Source of the DNA: Candidatus Latescibacterota bacterium
GTDB taxonomy: Bacteria; Latescibacterota; UBA2968; GCA-2709665
DNA: 64,000 nt
Assembly: GCA_965219455.1 (NCBI GenBank)
Contig: OZ244744.1
Location: forward strand, 4,544,001-4,608,000
Direction of reading: 5' to 3'
Position 1 is the stretch's first letter. Every line of letters starts with the position of its first letter. Positions 1 to 10,534 of the stretch are shown here, piece by piece. The notes below the pieces were generated by a model that had not been told where the DNA came from, did no database searches, and worked only from the letters and a program-made list of their open reading frames with translations. Made by a program: the position numbers and the translations under genes.

Positions 1-44
1 TTCCCGCGGTATCCTGGCTTCTGGGCCCGGCCTATCTCCCGGCT

Positions 45-326
45 GTGAATTCCGCCAGGCTTCTTGTCTGGTGTGTGCCGCCCTTTGTGCTGTGCGGCCT
101 GGCGCATACCACGCTGCTCGCGGCCCACCAGCAGGGTCGAGCGGCGGCGTGGATGGTTGTTCTGGTCGCCGCGGGGATGGGCGCCGGTGTTCTGACACAC
201 CATTTCCACGGCGCCACCCTGACGGCGCTTGTGCCCACGATCACCGGATGCGTACTGGCAGTCGTTCTATGGAGGCTTGTGGGGAGCCGGCGAGAGGTGT
301 TCAACCGGCCGGGCGCAGCTTCTTAG
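45..326 (+). CDS. 3' part of a membrane protein (probably starts before the window)
   Basis: Three hydrophobic stretches; stop overlaps the polB stop (convergent genes). Confidence 0.45.
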   Translation: MNSARLLVWCVPPFVLCGLAHTTLLAAHQQGRAAAWMVVLVAAGMGAGVLTHHFHGATLTALVPTITGCVLAVVLWRLVGSRREVFNRPGAAS

Positions 327-2449
327 AACAGGCTGAGTTGCTCACTCGCGGATTGTTTCAGGAGAGGAAAAAGCCGATAGAATTCAGCTTCGTCGAAGAG
401 GTCGCGGAAGCGTCCGGCCATATCGTGCAGTCTTCGTAGCAGATAGCGTCTGTCTTCGTCGTTGGCGTAGGTTTCAATTCGCGCGAGGCTGCCGTCGTTT
501 CTCTGGTAGACGGCAATCCTGTCTCCCACTTCACATCCCTCTGCGGCCGCGGCCAGCCGACGCAGGTTCGGACTCGAAAACGTCTTTTCGGTGATGCTTT
601 CCCTTCGGCAGAATTCTCCGTGATCGAATTGACCCGCCTGCAGACGGTCGGCGAATTCCATGTAGAGGGCCGACGCGGCATCGGATTGTCGGTTGATCAA
701 CAACGGAGCGAGTTTCCGGATAAATTCACGGAAAACGCGCTCGTCGCGGCGGCTGCGCAGACTGCTGCCTTTGATGATCAGGCGCCCGTTGTGGTCAACC
801 AGAACATAGTTTTTGGCTTTGAGAGAGATCATACGCCGGTACCGGCCGTCGTGGGATAGGTGGATGCCCTCTGGCAGTTCTCCGGAGAGTGCTTCGATGA
901 AAAGGTGTTCTTCCCGTTCCGTGTCGATTCCGGGGGGCAGGACGAAATACACGCCGTCGGTATCCGCTTCGATGAGCCGGGCGTTCCTATCCCGCAGCAT
1001 CGTCACAACCTGCCGGGCAATCTGCTGGCCACGGGTTGTGATCTGTTCCGCCGCCTTGTAGTCGTTGAAATTCGCCCTTCCGTACCCCAGGTATCCGTAA
1101 AACGAGTTGATCAGGATCTTGTAACTCCCCTGCAGTCCGTCCCAGTAGGATCGGTCGGCATCGGTATTGGATTCCTTCAGGCGTGATTTGGCTTCCAGGC
1201 GTCGCCGGGTCAGGCGCTGCAGCATGGGCAGGAACACGTTTTCGGTGTCGGAACCGGGCCGGATGCCGTAGTTTAACATGATGGAAGGGTAGAGGCTTTC
1301 CACGTCGGCCTTGACCACCCGGTCGAAAATGCCCGAGTCAAACAGTTCGGTATATCCTCCCCCGAACGGCTCCGGGTGATGGGGGCGTGGAACGGCGAGG
1401 CCCCGGCGGAGGTAGGCCCCGATCATCAGGGCATTGATCTTTTCGCCGGGCCCGGTAATCGCGACGTCCTGAAACCGGTACGGCAGCACCTGGGTCTGGT
1501 AGAATTCGGTGGTGGCGACGATTTCGCTCAACGCGCGAACGTCACGGACGTCGTCCAGCGCGTACTCCGCCACCCGGCCCGGATCGCTACGCCAGATTCT
1601 CCGGATGTCGGCCCCCTCGACGAAGACACGGTCCACGCGCTCCAGACCGAGCGCGTGAACGACGTTCTTCAGGCCGTAACTCTCCAGGCGACCGCCAATG
1701 TCGTATCGCTGCACCTGGTGATAGGTGTCAACAATGTGGCGGCCGTGAATGTAGGCCGGACGAAAGGTGCGACTGCGGGCGCCGACCCTGTATCGACGCA
1801 ACCCGTTTCCGGCTTTCAGTTCGGAGCCGTCCCGGCCCCAGGGCAGGTTGACGTTGAGGGCCCGGGCGCGAACCCGGATGTAGTTGAGGTCGAAGTCGAA
1901 GATGTTGTGGCCTTCGATAATATCGGGGTCGCGGCTCCGAATGCGCTGATTGAGTACCTCGAGGAGGGCGCCTTCGGACATCTCCCGGGCGCCGAGCACT
2001 TCCTCGTAGTTTCTGTTGTCGGAAAGCGCGACCAGGATAATGCCTGCCCCCGGCGCTTCGGGGTTGAGGCCGGTGGTTTCGATATCCAGTTGCAGGCGGT
2101 GGACGTCGTTGTAACGCATGCCCCGAAAGAGCGTGTTTCCGGAGAGCAGCAGGTGTTGTTTGACCGGATTGTTGAAGTCGAAATGGGCAACGCCGTCCGC
2201 GGACAGTTGTCCCCGGGCGTCCAGATAATCGTTCCAGGAGTGGAAGTGGACCAGGAACCGAAGCTGTCCGCCGCCCTTGAGGCGCACAATTTTTCGAACG
2301 CCCGAGAGGCTGGCCCTGTCGCACTCTTCAGGGGCCTCGACCAGCAGCCAGGGCGAAAAGGGATGGGTCTCGCGTCCGGCGCGGGTATAAAACGCCATCT
2401 GGTTCCCGTTGATCAGTTCAACCGCGAGGATTTCGGATTGTGGACGCAC
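323..2449 (-). CDS. Family B DNA polymerase with 3'-5' exonuclease domain (Pol II-like)
   Basis: ExoI LDIETTG, ExoII GHNIFDFD, ExoIII YALDD; polymerase motifs DVESLYPSIM, KILINSFYGYLG, EADTDG. Confidence 0.92.
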   Translation of the reverse strand: MRPQSEILAVELINGNQMAFYTRAGRETHPFSPWLLVEAPEECDRASLSGVRKIVRLKGGGQLRFLVHFHSWNDYLDARGQLSADGVAHFDFNNPVKQHLLLSGNTLFRGMRYNDVHRLQLDIETTGLNPEAPGAGIILVALSDNRNYEEVLGAREMSEGALLEVLNQRIRSRDPDIIEGHNIFDFDLNYIRVRARALNVNLPWGRDGSELKAGNGLRRYRVGARSRTFRPAYIHGRHIVDTYHQVQRYDIGGRLESYGLKNVVHALGLERVDRVFVEGADIRRIWRSDPGRVAEYALDDVRDVRALSEIVATTEFYQTQVLPYRFQDVAITGPGEKINALMIGAYLRRGLAVPRPHHPEPFGGGYTELFDSGIFDRVVKADVESLYPSIMLNYGIRPGSDTENVFLPMLQRLTRRRLEAKSRLKESNTDADRSYWDGLQGSYKILINSFYGYLGYGRANFNDYKAAEQITTRGQQIARQVVTMLRDRNARLIEADTDGVYFVLPPGIDTEREEHLFIEALSGELPEGIHLSHDGRYRRMISLKAKNYVLVDHNGRLIIKGSSLRSRRDERVFREFIRKLAPLLINRQSDAASALYMEFADRLQAGQFDHGEFCRRESITEKTFSSPNLRRLAAAAEGCEVGDRIAVYQRNDGSLARIETYANDEDRRYLLRRLHDMAGRFRDLFDEAEFYRLFPLLKQSASEQLSLF

Positions 2450-2565
2450 GGTTCGCAGCCCGTTTCAATTCTGGACATGATGGGGTCGGGTACCCTACAA
2501 TATAGCCAAGTGAACAGCGTCCTGGAAGGGCTATACGGAAGTATACCCCGAGCGGAGTACCGCAA

Positions 2566-3312
2566 ATGAACCGACTTCAACCGGAATCCGGCGCCTCCGC
2601 GCCCACCCCTGAGCGGTCACGGACTGCCCTTCTGCTTCGTGCCGGCACCTGGATCGTGCTGGCGGTGGCGTTCCTGGCCGCGGTGTGGTGGGCCTGGACA
2701 CAGGACTCCGGTACTGCGGATCGGGCCGTCGGCTTCCTCGCGGGATTGCCTCTGTTTCTGACGCTGGTCGATCTCTGGACACTTGCAATCGCCCGGTTCT
2801 GGCGGCCGGTGCGTTCGCCGCTGAGGGTGCCGGTCCGTACGCCGATCGTCCTCGCGTTCGTGCATGCAGTGCTCTGGTTCTGCATGCGCTATCTGCTTGC
2901 GCCCGAAGTTTTCGATCGCTCCGACCCAGCGGCTGGCGGGCAAGGAGACCCGGCAATTCGATGGGGGGTTGCGCTGCTATTCGGCCTGCTATGGATGGTG
3001 GGAACCGTGGCCGTCTTCTTTGAAATTCGCCTCCTGCGCTGGGTGCTGATTTCGGAGGATACGGCGGTGGTTGAAGAGAAGCAGGAAGAACTCGAATCGG
3101 AGTCGGATATGCCCGCCGGGCCGGAGCACAATTACGAGGTGCAGACGATCCTGAACCGGCTGGGATACGAAACCGGACCGGTCGACGGAGAACTGAACGC
3201 AGCCACACGGGAGGCCTTGAGAAAGTTCCAGGCGGACGCCGGACTGGACCCCACGGGAGAGATGACCATGCTGACTGTCATCGAATTGCGGAATCGGTGG
3301 GGGGACAGGTGA
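2566..3312 (+). CDS. Membrane protein with C-terminal peptidoglycan-binding domain
   Basis: Four TM-like segments, then VQTILNRLGY..GPVDG...T..AL.KFQ...GL.PTG (PG_binding_1 pattern). Confidence 0.75.
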   Translation: MNRLQPESGASAPTPERSRTALLLRAGTWIVLAVAFLAAVWWAWTQDSGTADRAVGFLAGLPLFLTLVDLWTLAIARFWRPVRSPLRVPVRTPIVLAFVHAVLWFCMRYLLAPEVFDRSDPAAGGQGDPAIRWGVALLFGLLWMVGTVAVFFEIRLLRWVLISEDTAVVEEKQEELESESDMPAGPEHNYEVQTILNRLGYETGPVDGELNAATREALRKFQADAGLDPTGEMTMLTVIELRNRWGDR

Positions 3313-3429
3313 CAAAAGTGCATAAGGGTGGAGAAGGCGAGTGACGCTTTCAAGGAACTTGGCAGGGGCGGCATCTTCGACGTGCAATGTCAGACGGGGT
3401 CGCTATAAACCCGATCCGTCGGAAACATA

Positions 3430-3661
3430 AAGCGCTTGACCGGGCATGCGGAAAAACCAATATTAACAAGTGGATATCGATACATATGTTACGACACAAA
3501 AGCTTGAACGCGGGACGGACCTGCGATATATCCAGGTGTTGCTGGGGCATGCAAGCCCAAAAACCACACAGATCTATACTCGGGTGACGAATCGGGATCT
3601 CGCGAAAATCCAGAGCCCGCTGGATGCATTGATGGAAGAAAGGGAGGCAGTTTTTGATTAG
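3430..3661 (+). pseudogene. Tyrosine recombinase C-terminal remnant, copy 1
   Basis: ALDRACGKTNINKWISIHMLRH, then a frameshift/deletion, then [28 protein letters not shown] (box II and catalytic Tyr). Confidence 0.85.
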
Positions 3662-3795
3662 ATACGATGCCACCATAGGAAGCATTCCTGAACATGTTCG
3701 GGCTACAAGCTTCAAAGTGGGATGTTCCCGAACGTTCGCAGATCTTCGGATCAGGTACGCATTACCGTAACTGTTCGGTAATCCCGTAGTTAGCA
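3662..3795 (+). other. attI-like recombination element, copy 1 (crossover G|TT at 3789)
   Basis: Conserved in four copies. Hairpin tacg-cattaccg..cggtaat-ccgta precedes GTTAGCAGCC, the exact reverse complement of GGCTGCTAAC (6736) at the next attC. Confidence 0.8.
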
Positions 3796-4157
3796 GCCAT
3801 GCCAGTCGAATCCAATGATTGCGAATGACCTCCGTGCCGCTCTGGTTGCGGCGTTACCTGCACTCCTGCTTCCATCCTCATGACAGCGGGGAGGGTCGTT
3901 GAGGTCCTCGGGTTAAACGTGGGAGCGCTGGCAACCAGAGCGTTTTTCGTCCATTCTCTGACTTTGCTCCTGTTGCTCGGGACGATCCTGAGTTGACGGC
4001 GACAGCCGAGCTTGGGCTGCTGCTGGCCGGGTTCAGCCTGATATTTCTCGGCTTCTCGATCATGATGAGCGGCCGTGAATCATGGAAGGCCGTTCTCTGC
4101 GTTCTCCGCGGGCTCTGCGGGTAAAAAAAACCGGTACAGATTTTGGAGGTCATCGCT

Positions 4158-6416
4158 ATGATCAAGCCAAGTCACGAGTGGGTACGGCGGGCGCGCACCT
4201 TTCAGATAGAGCAATACCACCCGCCCTTCTGGCCCGACATCGACTTTGACGCGAAGCAGCTCGTCGATGTCGTGCGGAAATACCACGCCAACGCCATTTG
4301 GTTCGGCAGCGCGGGCAAATGGGCGGTCTTCCCCAATGAGTTCTTTCCCCCGCACCCTCAATTAAGTGAGCGCGACCTGCTCGCCGAGACCATCGCCGAG
4401 GCCCATGCGCGGGACGTGCGCGTCATCGGGTACATTCCCGTGGGGCACATTATTCCCGAAGACAACATGCTGATCCATCATCCGGAGTGGATGTACCGCC
4501 CCAGCCCCGAAGGCGACGCTCCTGTCCTGAGGCACCACGGCGGCGGATTTCACCGGCACGTCTGCTTCAACACACCGTACCGAGAGGCCATCTGCGCTTT
4601 CATCGCACAAGTGGTGGACCACGACGTCGACGCGATCTACACCGATTCTGCCTGTCCTTACCATTCGCACCACACCCCGCAGTCGCCCTTGTGCTACTGC
4701 GACTATTGCCTCGAGAAGTTCGAGAGGCAATTCGGCTGCCCAATGCCGTATGCACCCGATCCGCACAGCCTGCCTCGGGAAGACCAGGAGATGCTGGAAG
4801 AGTGGAGCCTGCAGTACGGCAGGATCGTCGGCGATGTCTTTCTCGAATTCGCCGCCGCGACGCGAAAGAAGAAGGACATCCCAGTGCTGACGCACGGCCT
4901 GGGTGTGGGCGACTGGCCCGAACGCAGGATCGTGGAGGTGCACGATGGACTCCTCTACGAGGCCGGGGGCGACTTCCTTCATCGGCTCGAGGCGGCCAGT
5001 CTGGCCGAGTCGTCGGGTTGGGCCATGTGGCAATACGTCGGCGCCTTGACGGGCTGGTCGCGGGCGCAGTGCTTCGGCATGGAACTCGTCGAGGAGGCGG
5101 CAGCCAGCTTTGCTTCCGGAGGGGCCGTCCTGGTGGCGTGCGGCGTGAACCTTTGGCTGTCGCCTCCCCATAAAGCCAATCGTGAGCTGGCGGAGCTCCT
5201 TGAGATCCTGGAGAGGAACGAGTCACTCTTCGAAGATCTCCACCCGTCACCGTTTGTTGCTATTCCGTTTGTTTTGCCGGTGCGGGTGTATGAGATGCTC
5301 GAGCGGGTGCGGTTCCGCGCCGAGCCCCTGGTGATGCGCGATCGTCGGCACGATGTCATCGGCCAGTCCAAGCAGGACCTCGCCGACCGTCCGGGGGAGC
5401 TCGAGGCCCCGCTCTCCGAGGCGGGCTATCTCGTGCGCACGCCCCCGCAGCAATCCTGCCGTCGCGGGGCCTTCTCGACCATGCTGGCCAACCATTTGCC
5501 GACATCGGTGATCGAGGAGCGGGTTCTCTCCGATCCAGCGGCGTTGGCAAAGTATCCCGTTCTGCTTCTGCCCAACGTCGGCCATCTCACGCGGGAGGAA
5601 GTCGAAGGCATCACGGAATATGTGAAGGCGGGCGGGCGGCTCCTGGCGACGTACCGGACGAGCCTGTACGGTGCCGAGCCCGATGAGATGCGCGACAACT
5701 TCGCCTTGGCGGACCTTCTGGGCGTGGACCGCGTGGACCCGAACCCCGACCAATTCGCTGATTACGAACAACACCTCTGGGCCGCCGGGACGTTCGACAC
5801 GTACGGCTGCTGCGTTCCAGGTCAATGGCTGGCCGAGGGGTGCTCGCATGAGCTGTGGCCGCTCAATCGGTTCGAGTTCGTCCAAGCGCGGCCGGGAACC
5901 GACGTGGTGGCGAACATCGTCTTCGGCGGGCGCGAGGACGACGCTCTGTGTCCCGCCGTCACCTGCCGGACGGTTGGCAAGGGCCGCGTCGTCTATCTGG
6001 CCGCGCCGGTGGAGGAGCTTCATTTCGAATATCGCCTGCTGGTGGTCCGCGATCTTCTGGGCGCCGTGGTGGATTGGCTCTACCCGGAGGGCCGGCCTCT
6101 GATGACCGATGGCCCGAACCAACTCGTGATGATTCCGAATGAGAAACCGGGAAGCCAAGTGTTGTTTCTGATCAATCACACCGGCGAGCGCGTCGAGCAT
6201 CTGCCGGGGATCTGGCCGCGCTTCAGCCCACAGTTTGACTATGTGACCACGATACCCGAAGTGAACCTGCGCTGGCAGCTCACGGAGCGGGGCACTCCTC
6301 GTCGCGTGTGGGACGTTTGCACGGGAGATGACCTGGAGGTCACGTTCGACGGAAACCACTTGGAAACCATATTAACGAACATTGGACAGTACGCGATGAT
6401 TGCCGCTGAGTTCTGA
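4158..6416 (+). CDS. Glycoside hydrolase-like protein (TIM-barrel plus beta-galactosidase trimerisation-like domain)
   Basis: ~750 aa; GGAGG RBS; DLLAE.IAEAHAR.VRVIGY, CFNTPYRE, CYCDYC..KF, YPVLLLPN, YVKAGG.LLAT motifs. Confidence 0.7.
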   Translation: MIKPSHEWVRRARTFQIEQYHPPFWPDIDFDAKQLVDVVRKYHANAIWFGSAGKWAVFPNEFFPPHPQLSERDLLAETIAEAHARDVRVIGYIPVGHIIPEDNMLIHHPEWMYRPSPEGDAPVLRHHGGGFHRHVCFNTPYREAICAFIAQVVDHDVDAIYTDSACPYHSHHTPQSPLCYCDYCLEKFERQFGCPMPYAPDPHSLPREDQEMLEEWSLQYGRIVGDVFLEFAAATRKKKDIPVLTHGLGVGDWPERRIVEVHDGLLYEAGGDFLHRLEAASLAESSGWAMWQYVGALTGWSRAQCFGMELVEEAAASFASGGAVLVACGVNLWLSPPHKANRELAELLEILERNESLFEDLHPSPFVAIPFVLPVRVYEMLERVRFRAEPLVMRDRRHDVIGQSKQDLADRPGELEAPLSEAGYLVRTPPQQSCRRGAFSTMLANHLPTSVIEERVLSDPAALAKYPVLLLPNVGHLTREEVEGITEYVKAGGRLLATYRTSLYGAEPDEMRDNFALADLLGVDRVDPNPDQFADYEQHLWAAGTFDTYGCCVPGQWLAEGCSHELWPLNRFEFVQARPGTDVVANIVFGGREDDALCPAVTCRTVGKGRVVYLAAPVEELHFEYRLLVVRDLLGAVVDWLYPEGRPLMTDGPNQLVMIPNEKPGSQVLFLINHTGERVEHLPGIWPRFSPQFDYVTTIPEVNLRWQLTERGTPRRVWDVCTGDDLEVTFDGNHLETILTNIGQYAMIAAEF

Positions 6417-6735
6417 TTGAATCATCGACCTTGCCAGGCTGTTATCCCAACGTCCTTCCCGGAAGCGGGATCGTAAGGCCTCACCACAGAGCCACAGAGG
6501 TCGAATCGTGGAGTAGAGGGGCAGTCGAATGTCTTCCCAGTTCGAATCATGATATGGTGAGACCGACCTCCATCTGCCACCTGGATGGGGGAGGGTCCCC
6601 TATTCCGACGCGATACCTCATCTGAAAGACTACGAAGGTCTTTGGATCCTAGAAGTCCACGAAAGATTCAGGGATAATTGGAGTGGATGCTTGGAAGTGA
6701 TGGAAAGGCTTTTTGAGGCAAAGAACCGAAGCACC

Positions 6736-6847
6736 GGCTGCTAACAGGTCCACTTGCGCTTCGGTCGCTTACGCTCCCTTCGGCCTGACGGCAACCCGCC
6801 TACGCTGACGCTTCGGCGGGTTCGCAAGTGGCCAGAAATCGTTAGCC
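6736..6847 (+). repeat. attC-like site
   Basis: GGCTGCTAAC...cacttgcg/cgcaagtg inner arms...G|TTAGCC at 6841. Confidence 0.85.
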
Positions 6848-6946
6848 GCATTGATTTCCATACGTAGTTAGACAGCACGAGACAGCCTGTCCGCACTTTT
6901 ACAGTCCAATTGCGACGCAATTCTTACAGCAACACAAGAGGATATA

Positions 6947-7867
6947 ATGAGTATTGCTACTGAACCCTGCCCTGGGCAGCTACGCCACCACTCTTACGCC
7001 GTGGTGCGCGGTTTGTTCGACGCAGCGACGACAAAACGGCTGCGCGAGATCTGTGAGCGAGTGCTGGAACAGTGGCGGCGCGCTCCTCGCTGTGACAATC
7101 CACCGGTGGGGCCCCAGGCCAATTACATGAGGCACCTGAACGACCCGGAATATCACCGCGATCACCCCGACGATCTCGCCTTTCTGCTCAATGCCATGGG
7201 GTCGCCCCAAGTTGTCGAATCGCTGAGCGCAGCCTTGGATGAAGAATTCCTCTTCGCCTTGAGCAGTCTCTACTGTAATCCGACCGGAGAAAGCCAGGAC
7301 GGATTTTGGCACAAGGACAAGATCGGTGCAGAAGCAGACGTATCCCGGAGACCGGAGACCGGAGCCGGGTTGCAGATGCAAATCGCATTGGTCCCTACCG
7401 ACGATCTCGAATTGGTGCCGGGGTCTCACCTGCGTGACTACTCCCCCGAAGAGCACGCGATCTGCGTCGCCGATGATGGGATCCACAACCGCTCGAACGA
7501 TATGCCTGGCGCCGTTCGTCTCCACCAGGAACCCGGTGACGCGGTGCTGTTTACCCAGTTGTGCATTCATCGGGGCCGCTATCACACCGACAAGCTCAGG
7601 CGCTCGTTGATGATCTCGGTAAAAAAACGGGCCGCCGCAGAGTTCACGATGCGCCAGCGGGGGCTGAACTACGCCAGTGACCAGCCATGGTTTTTGCTGC
7701 CGCAATACTTCGATGGCGTCAGTGAGGATGCGCGAGCGTTCTTCCAGGAATTCGTCGGCTTCTACGCCCCGCATTGGCGCGCCCGGCTGACGGAGGTGTT
7801 GAAGTACTCGAGTCTGGTACAAAGCCTGGTGGAAGCCGGCGAGCCGTACCCGTTTTTTGGTGAATGA
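6947..7867 (+). CDS. Phytanoyl-CoA dioxygenase (PhyH) family 2OG-Fe(II) oxygenase, copy 1
   Basis: WHKD, LELVPGSH, PGDAVLF....IHRG motifs. Confidence 0.85.
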   Translation: MSIATEPCPGQLRHHSYAVVRGLFDAATTKRLREICERVLEQWRRAPRCDNPPVGPQANYMRHLNDPEYHRDHPDDLAFLLNAMGSPQVVESLSAALDEEFLFALSSLYCNPTGESQDGFWHKDKIGAEADVSRRPETGAGLQMQIALVPTDDLELVPGSHLRDYSPEEHAICVADDGIHNRSNDMPGAVRLHQEPGDAVLFTQLCIHRGRYHTDKLRRSLMISVKKRAAAEFTMRQRGLNYASDQPWFLLPQYFDGVSEDARAFFQEFVGFYAPHWRARLTEVLKYSSLVQSLVEAGEPYPFFGE

Positions 7868-7945
7868 GAAGTCTGTCTGAATGAGTTAGCGGCTACATTT
7901 TGATACATAAGGCCCCGACAATGAACGGATACGAATTAATCACGA

Positions 7946-8047
7946 CGGCTAACACCGGCTTTACGCTTCGGGGCATCCGCCCCTCGGCCCTGCGGGCACA
8001 TGGGCCTTTGGGACTGGCCCACGTCGTAAAGCCAAGAACCGTTAACC
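7946..8047 (+). repeat. attC-like site
   Basis: CGGCTAAC complements GTTAGCCG (6841); ggctttacg/cgtaaagcc arms; GTT at 8041. Confidence 0.85.
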
Positions 8048-8143
8048 GAAAGCGGCACAAAGACAGAGCGGCCATCCCTGGCCGCCAAAAGCAAAGAATC
8101 GCTGATACACCTCGATCCAGCATTTCACCTGAGGTGTAAACCG

Positions 8144-9649
8144 ATGACAGACATCAATCCATCATCGCCGCTGCGGCTCGAATTGTTCGTTGATGACTGG
8201 CTTGTGGAACGCTTCGAGGGCGACGCGGCGCAACATCTGCACGAGCCGTTGGGCAAAGAGGTCGTGCTGATGAACGACAAGCCCTGGGAAGACACTTCTT
8301 TGGGCTACGTCTCGGTACTCAAGGACGGAGATCTGTTTCGCATGTACTACCGCGGCTATCATCACGGCAGCGGCGAAGACGCCCGAGGCGAACCGATGTG
8401 TTACGCGGAAAGCCGCGACGGCATCCGGTGGACGAAGCCAAACCTTGGTCTATTCAAATTCAGAGGATCCTCGGACAACAACATCGTCCTCGGTGGGGAT
8501 GGCAGAAAGTACCTTCCCACCGACAAATGGCAAGGCAAACTGGGAACCCACACTGGCCTAGGATGGCGCGGCGACATGGTCCCGTTCATCGACACCAGCC
8601 CAACTGTAAAACCCGACGCTCGGTACAAGGCACTGGTCCGCGGGGCTCGCGGCGCGCACCAGATTCCGGGAAAATACACCGATTACGGCATGTATCCCTT
8701 CAAGTCGCCGGACGGACTTCACTGGACGTTGATGACCGAAAAGCCCGTGATTACGAAGGGGCGATTCGATTCGCAGAACCTGGCGTTCTGGGATCCGGTT
8801 CGCGGCCGCTACGTCGCATTCGTGCGGGATCTGCTAAAAGGTTATATGCGCAATGTGCACATGGCCGTGTCGGACGATTTTGTGAACTGGACGGAACCCG
8901 TCCCGCTGAAGTATTCGGACAAGGTCGACCGGGAGATGTACACCAACGGCGTCCTTCCGTATGAACGCGCGCCACACATTCTGATCGCCTTTCCCACCGA
9001 ATACACGGACCGGTTTGCCGTCGCCCAGGTCCATCCCATCCTGATGACCAGCCGCGACGGCGGGCACTCGTTCCTGCGACGCCGCGAACCATTGATTCCC
9101 GGCAGTGCGCCCCAGCAACGCGATGGCAACCGCGCCAACTTCATGGCCCACGGTCTGGTTCGTGGCAATGAGCGCGAGTACTTCGTCTACGCCACCGAAG
9201 GGTACGGATATGAGGACCCGGAGTGGAAGAGGAAGTCATTCGTGCCGAGGACGCGGCTCAGGCGTTTTACGTTCCGTGTCGACGGATTCGTTTCCGTCCG
9301 ATTCGGTCCGGACGGCGGAACGATCGTGACAAAACCGTTTGTGCTCAACGGCAGCCAACTGGAGCTCAACTACATCGCCTGGCCCCGACCTGCCGGGGAA
9401 ATCCGGGTCGAAATCCAGGATGCAAACGGCCAGCCCTTGAAGGGCCTAACGCTGAACGACTGCAAGCCACTGCGGGGTGACGAAATCGACCACCCGGTCA
9501 CGTGGCAGTCCGGACTCACTCCCGGGGATTACGCCGGAAAGCCCGCGCGCCTACAGTTCCAATTCAAACACGCGGACCTTTTCAGCTTCAGGTTCGCAGT
9601 CGGTCGTATCACAAAAAACGGCGACGCAGAAATCGAGGGTGATAAGTAG
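8144..9649 (+). CDS. Five-bladed beta-propeller glycoside hydrolase-like protein
   Basis: LELFVDD, FRMYYRG, YAESRDGI.W.KPNLG, SPDGLHW, FDSQN.AFWD, R.DGFVS motifs. Confidence 0.7.
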   Translation: MTDINPSSPLRLELFVDDWLVERFEGDAAQHLHEPLGKEVVLMNDKPWEDTSLGYVSVLKDGDLFRMYYRGYHHGSGEDARGEPMCYAESRDGIRWTKPNLGLFKFRGSSDNNIVLGGDGRKYLPTDKWQGKLGTHTGLGWRGDMVPFIDTSPTVKPDARYKALVRGARGAHQIPGKYTDYGMYPFKSPDGLHWTLMTEKPVITKGRFDSQNLAFWDPVRGRYVAFVRDLLKGYMRNVHMAVSDDFVNWTEPVPLKYSDKVDREMYTNGVLPYERAPHILIAFPTEYTDRFAVAQVHPILMTSRDGGHSFLRRREPLIPGSAPQQRDGNRANFMAHGLVRGNEREYFVYATEGYGYEDPEWKRKSFVPRTRLRRFTFRVDGFVSVRFGPDGGTIVTKPFVLNGSQLELNYIAWPRPAGEIRVEIQDANGQPLKGLTLNDCKPLRGDEIDHPVTWQSGLTPGDYAGKPARLQFQFKHADLFSFRFAVGRITKNGDAEIEGDK

Positions 9650-9703
9650 GTCATCGATGATGGTGTGGAACTGCTTCCGGTTGGACGAATTCACAAAAAG
9701 TAA

Positions 9704-9970
9704 ATGGAAGTCCCGAACATGAGAGTTCCATCAACCCACCAAATTTCTCTTCTAGCGTTGGCCATAATCGCGCTGATCGCGCCGGATTGTTGCCTTGCCG
9801 AGCAACCGAAGATCGGCCGCGGCAAAAGCTGGGTTCGTTCGCATCCGTTTTGGATTAGCGGGCTGACGCAAAATGGAGCGTTGTACGACGTGGAAGAATA
9901 TCGTGGCGCGGGACTCAACACGTTGTTGGCTTGGAAACCGCGGCCCGTCTTGTTCGAAAAGTCGGTGGCC
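9704..9970 (+). pseudogene. 5' fragment of a secreted protein gene, truncated
   Basis: Signal-peptide-like start; the ORF runs into the IS91-like remnant after ~88 codons. Confidence 0.5.
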
Positions 9971-10218
9971 GCCCCTTTGCTCGTGTGATCGAGCTGCCCT
10001 TCACGACCGGTGGAGACACAGCGTCCCTGGACCCGTTCAAGGTGTTGAGGCTCGGGGTGGCGGGGTCAGGAGGCGTCATCGAATTCGGACTGAGGGAGGG
10101 GGGGCGTGGAGGCGCGATGGGCGGCGCGCGTGAGGCCAGGCCGACCCCGTCGAGGTAGGTGCGAATGGCCAGGGGCTCGGCCAGTGCGGCAATGATCTTC
10201 ATCTTGCCGCCACAGGCG
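9971..10218 (-). mobile_element. IS91/ISCR-like (Y2) transposase C-terminal remnant plus 3' flank
   Basis: CGGKMKIIAALAEPLAIRTYLDGVGLASRAPPIAPPRPP resembles the C-terminus of IS91-family transposases. Confidence 0.6.
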
Positions 10219-10322
10219 GATGACATGACGTGTGTAGTTCTGAGAATCGAGTAGATTTTCTGAAGACAAAGACATCCCAAGCTTGCATCCTGCAACCCCA
10301 CCCAACCACCGTGCCGCACGCC

Positions 10323-10398
10323 CGTTAACAAAAGATGTGCGGCTCACTACGTTCGCCCAAACCGCCTGCGGCGGCTTCGCACATCAAGCACGTTATGC
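10323..10398 (+). repeat. attC-like site
   Basis: CGTTAAC...gatgtgcg/cgcacatc...G|TTATGC at 10392. Confidence 0.85.
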
Positions 10399-10534
10399 GA
10401 AACTGGCGCAGAGCAGGAACCGCATCCACCCACCCCTTGTCAAGGCGGGCAAGATCAAACCCAGACCACCCTTGCGCTGAAAGTCACGTGAAACCTCTTA
10501 TGCACTTTACTCTGTCTCCAGGAGAGGACCAAGG

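Noticed and set aside
323-2449. PolB as part of a casposon or pipolin
   Set aside because: No cas1, no terminal repeats and no sign of protein-primed insertions; GC and codon use match the neighbouring genes.
1376-2569. 397-aa ORF on the + strand and other long antisense ORFs (5247-6359, 33731-34714)
   Set aside because: Shadows of well-supported genes on the opposite strand in GC-rich DNA.
3685-3740. GAAC/GTTC palindromes as LexA boxes
   Set aside because: Spacings (GAAC-N2-GTTC, GAAC-N0-GTTC, GTTC-N6-GTTC) do not fit the known N4 or N7 boxes; they may be recombinase-binding repeats, but this is unproven.
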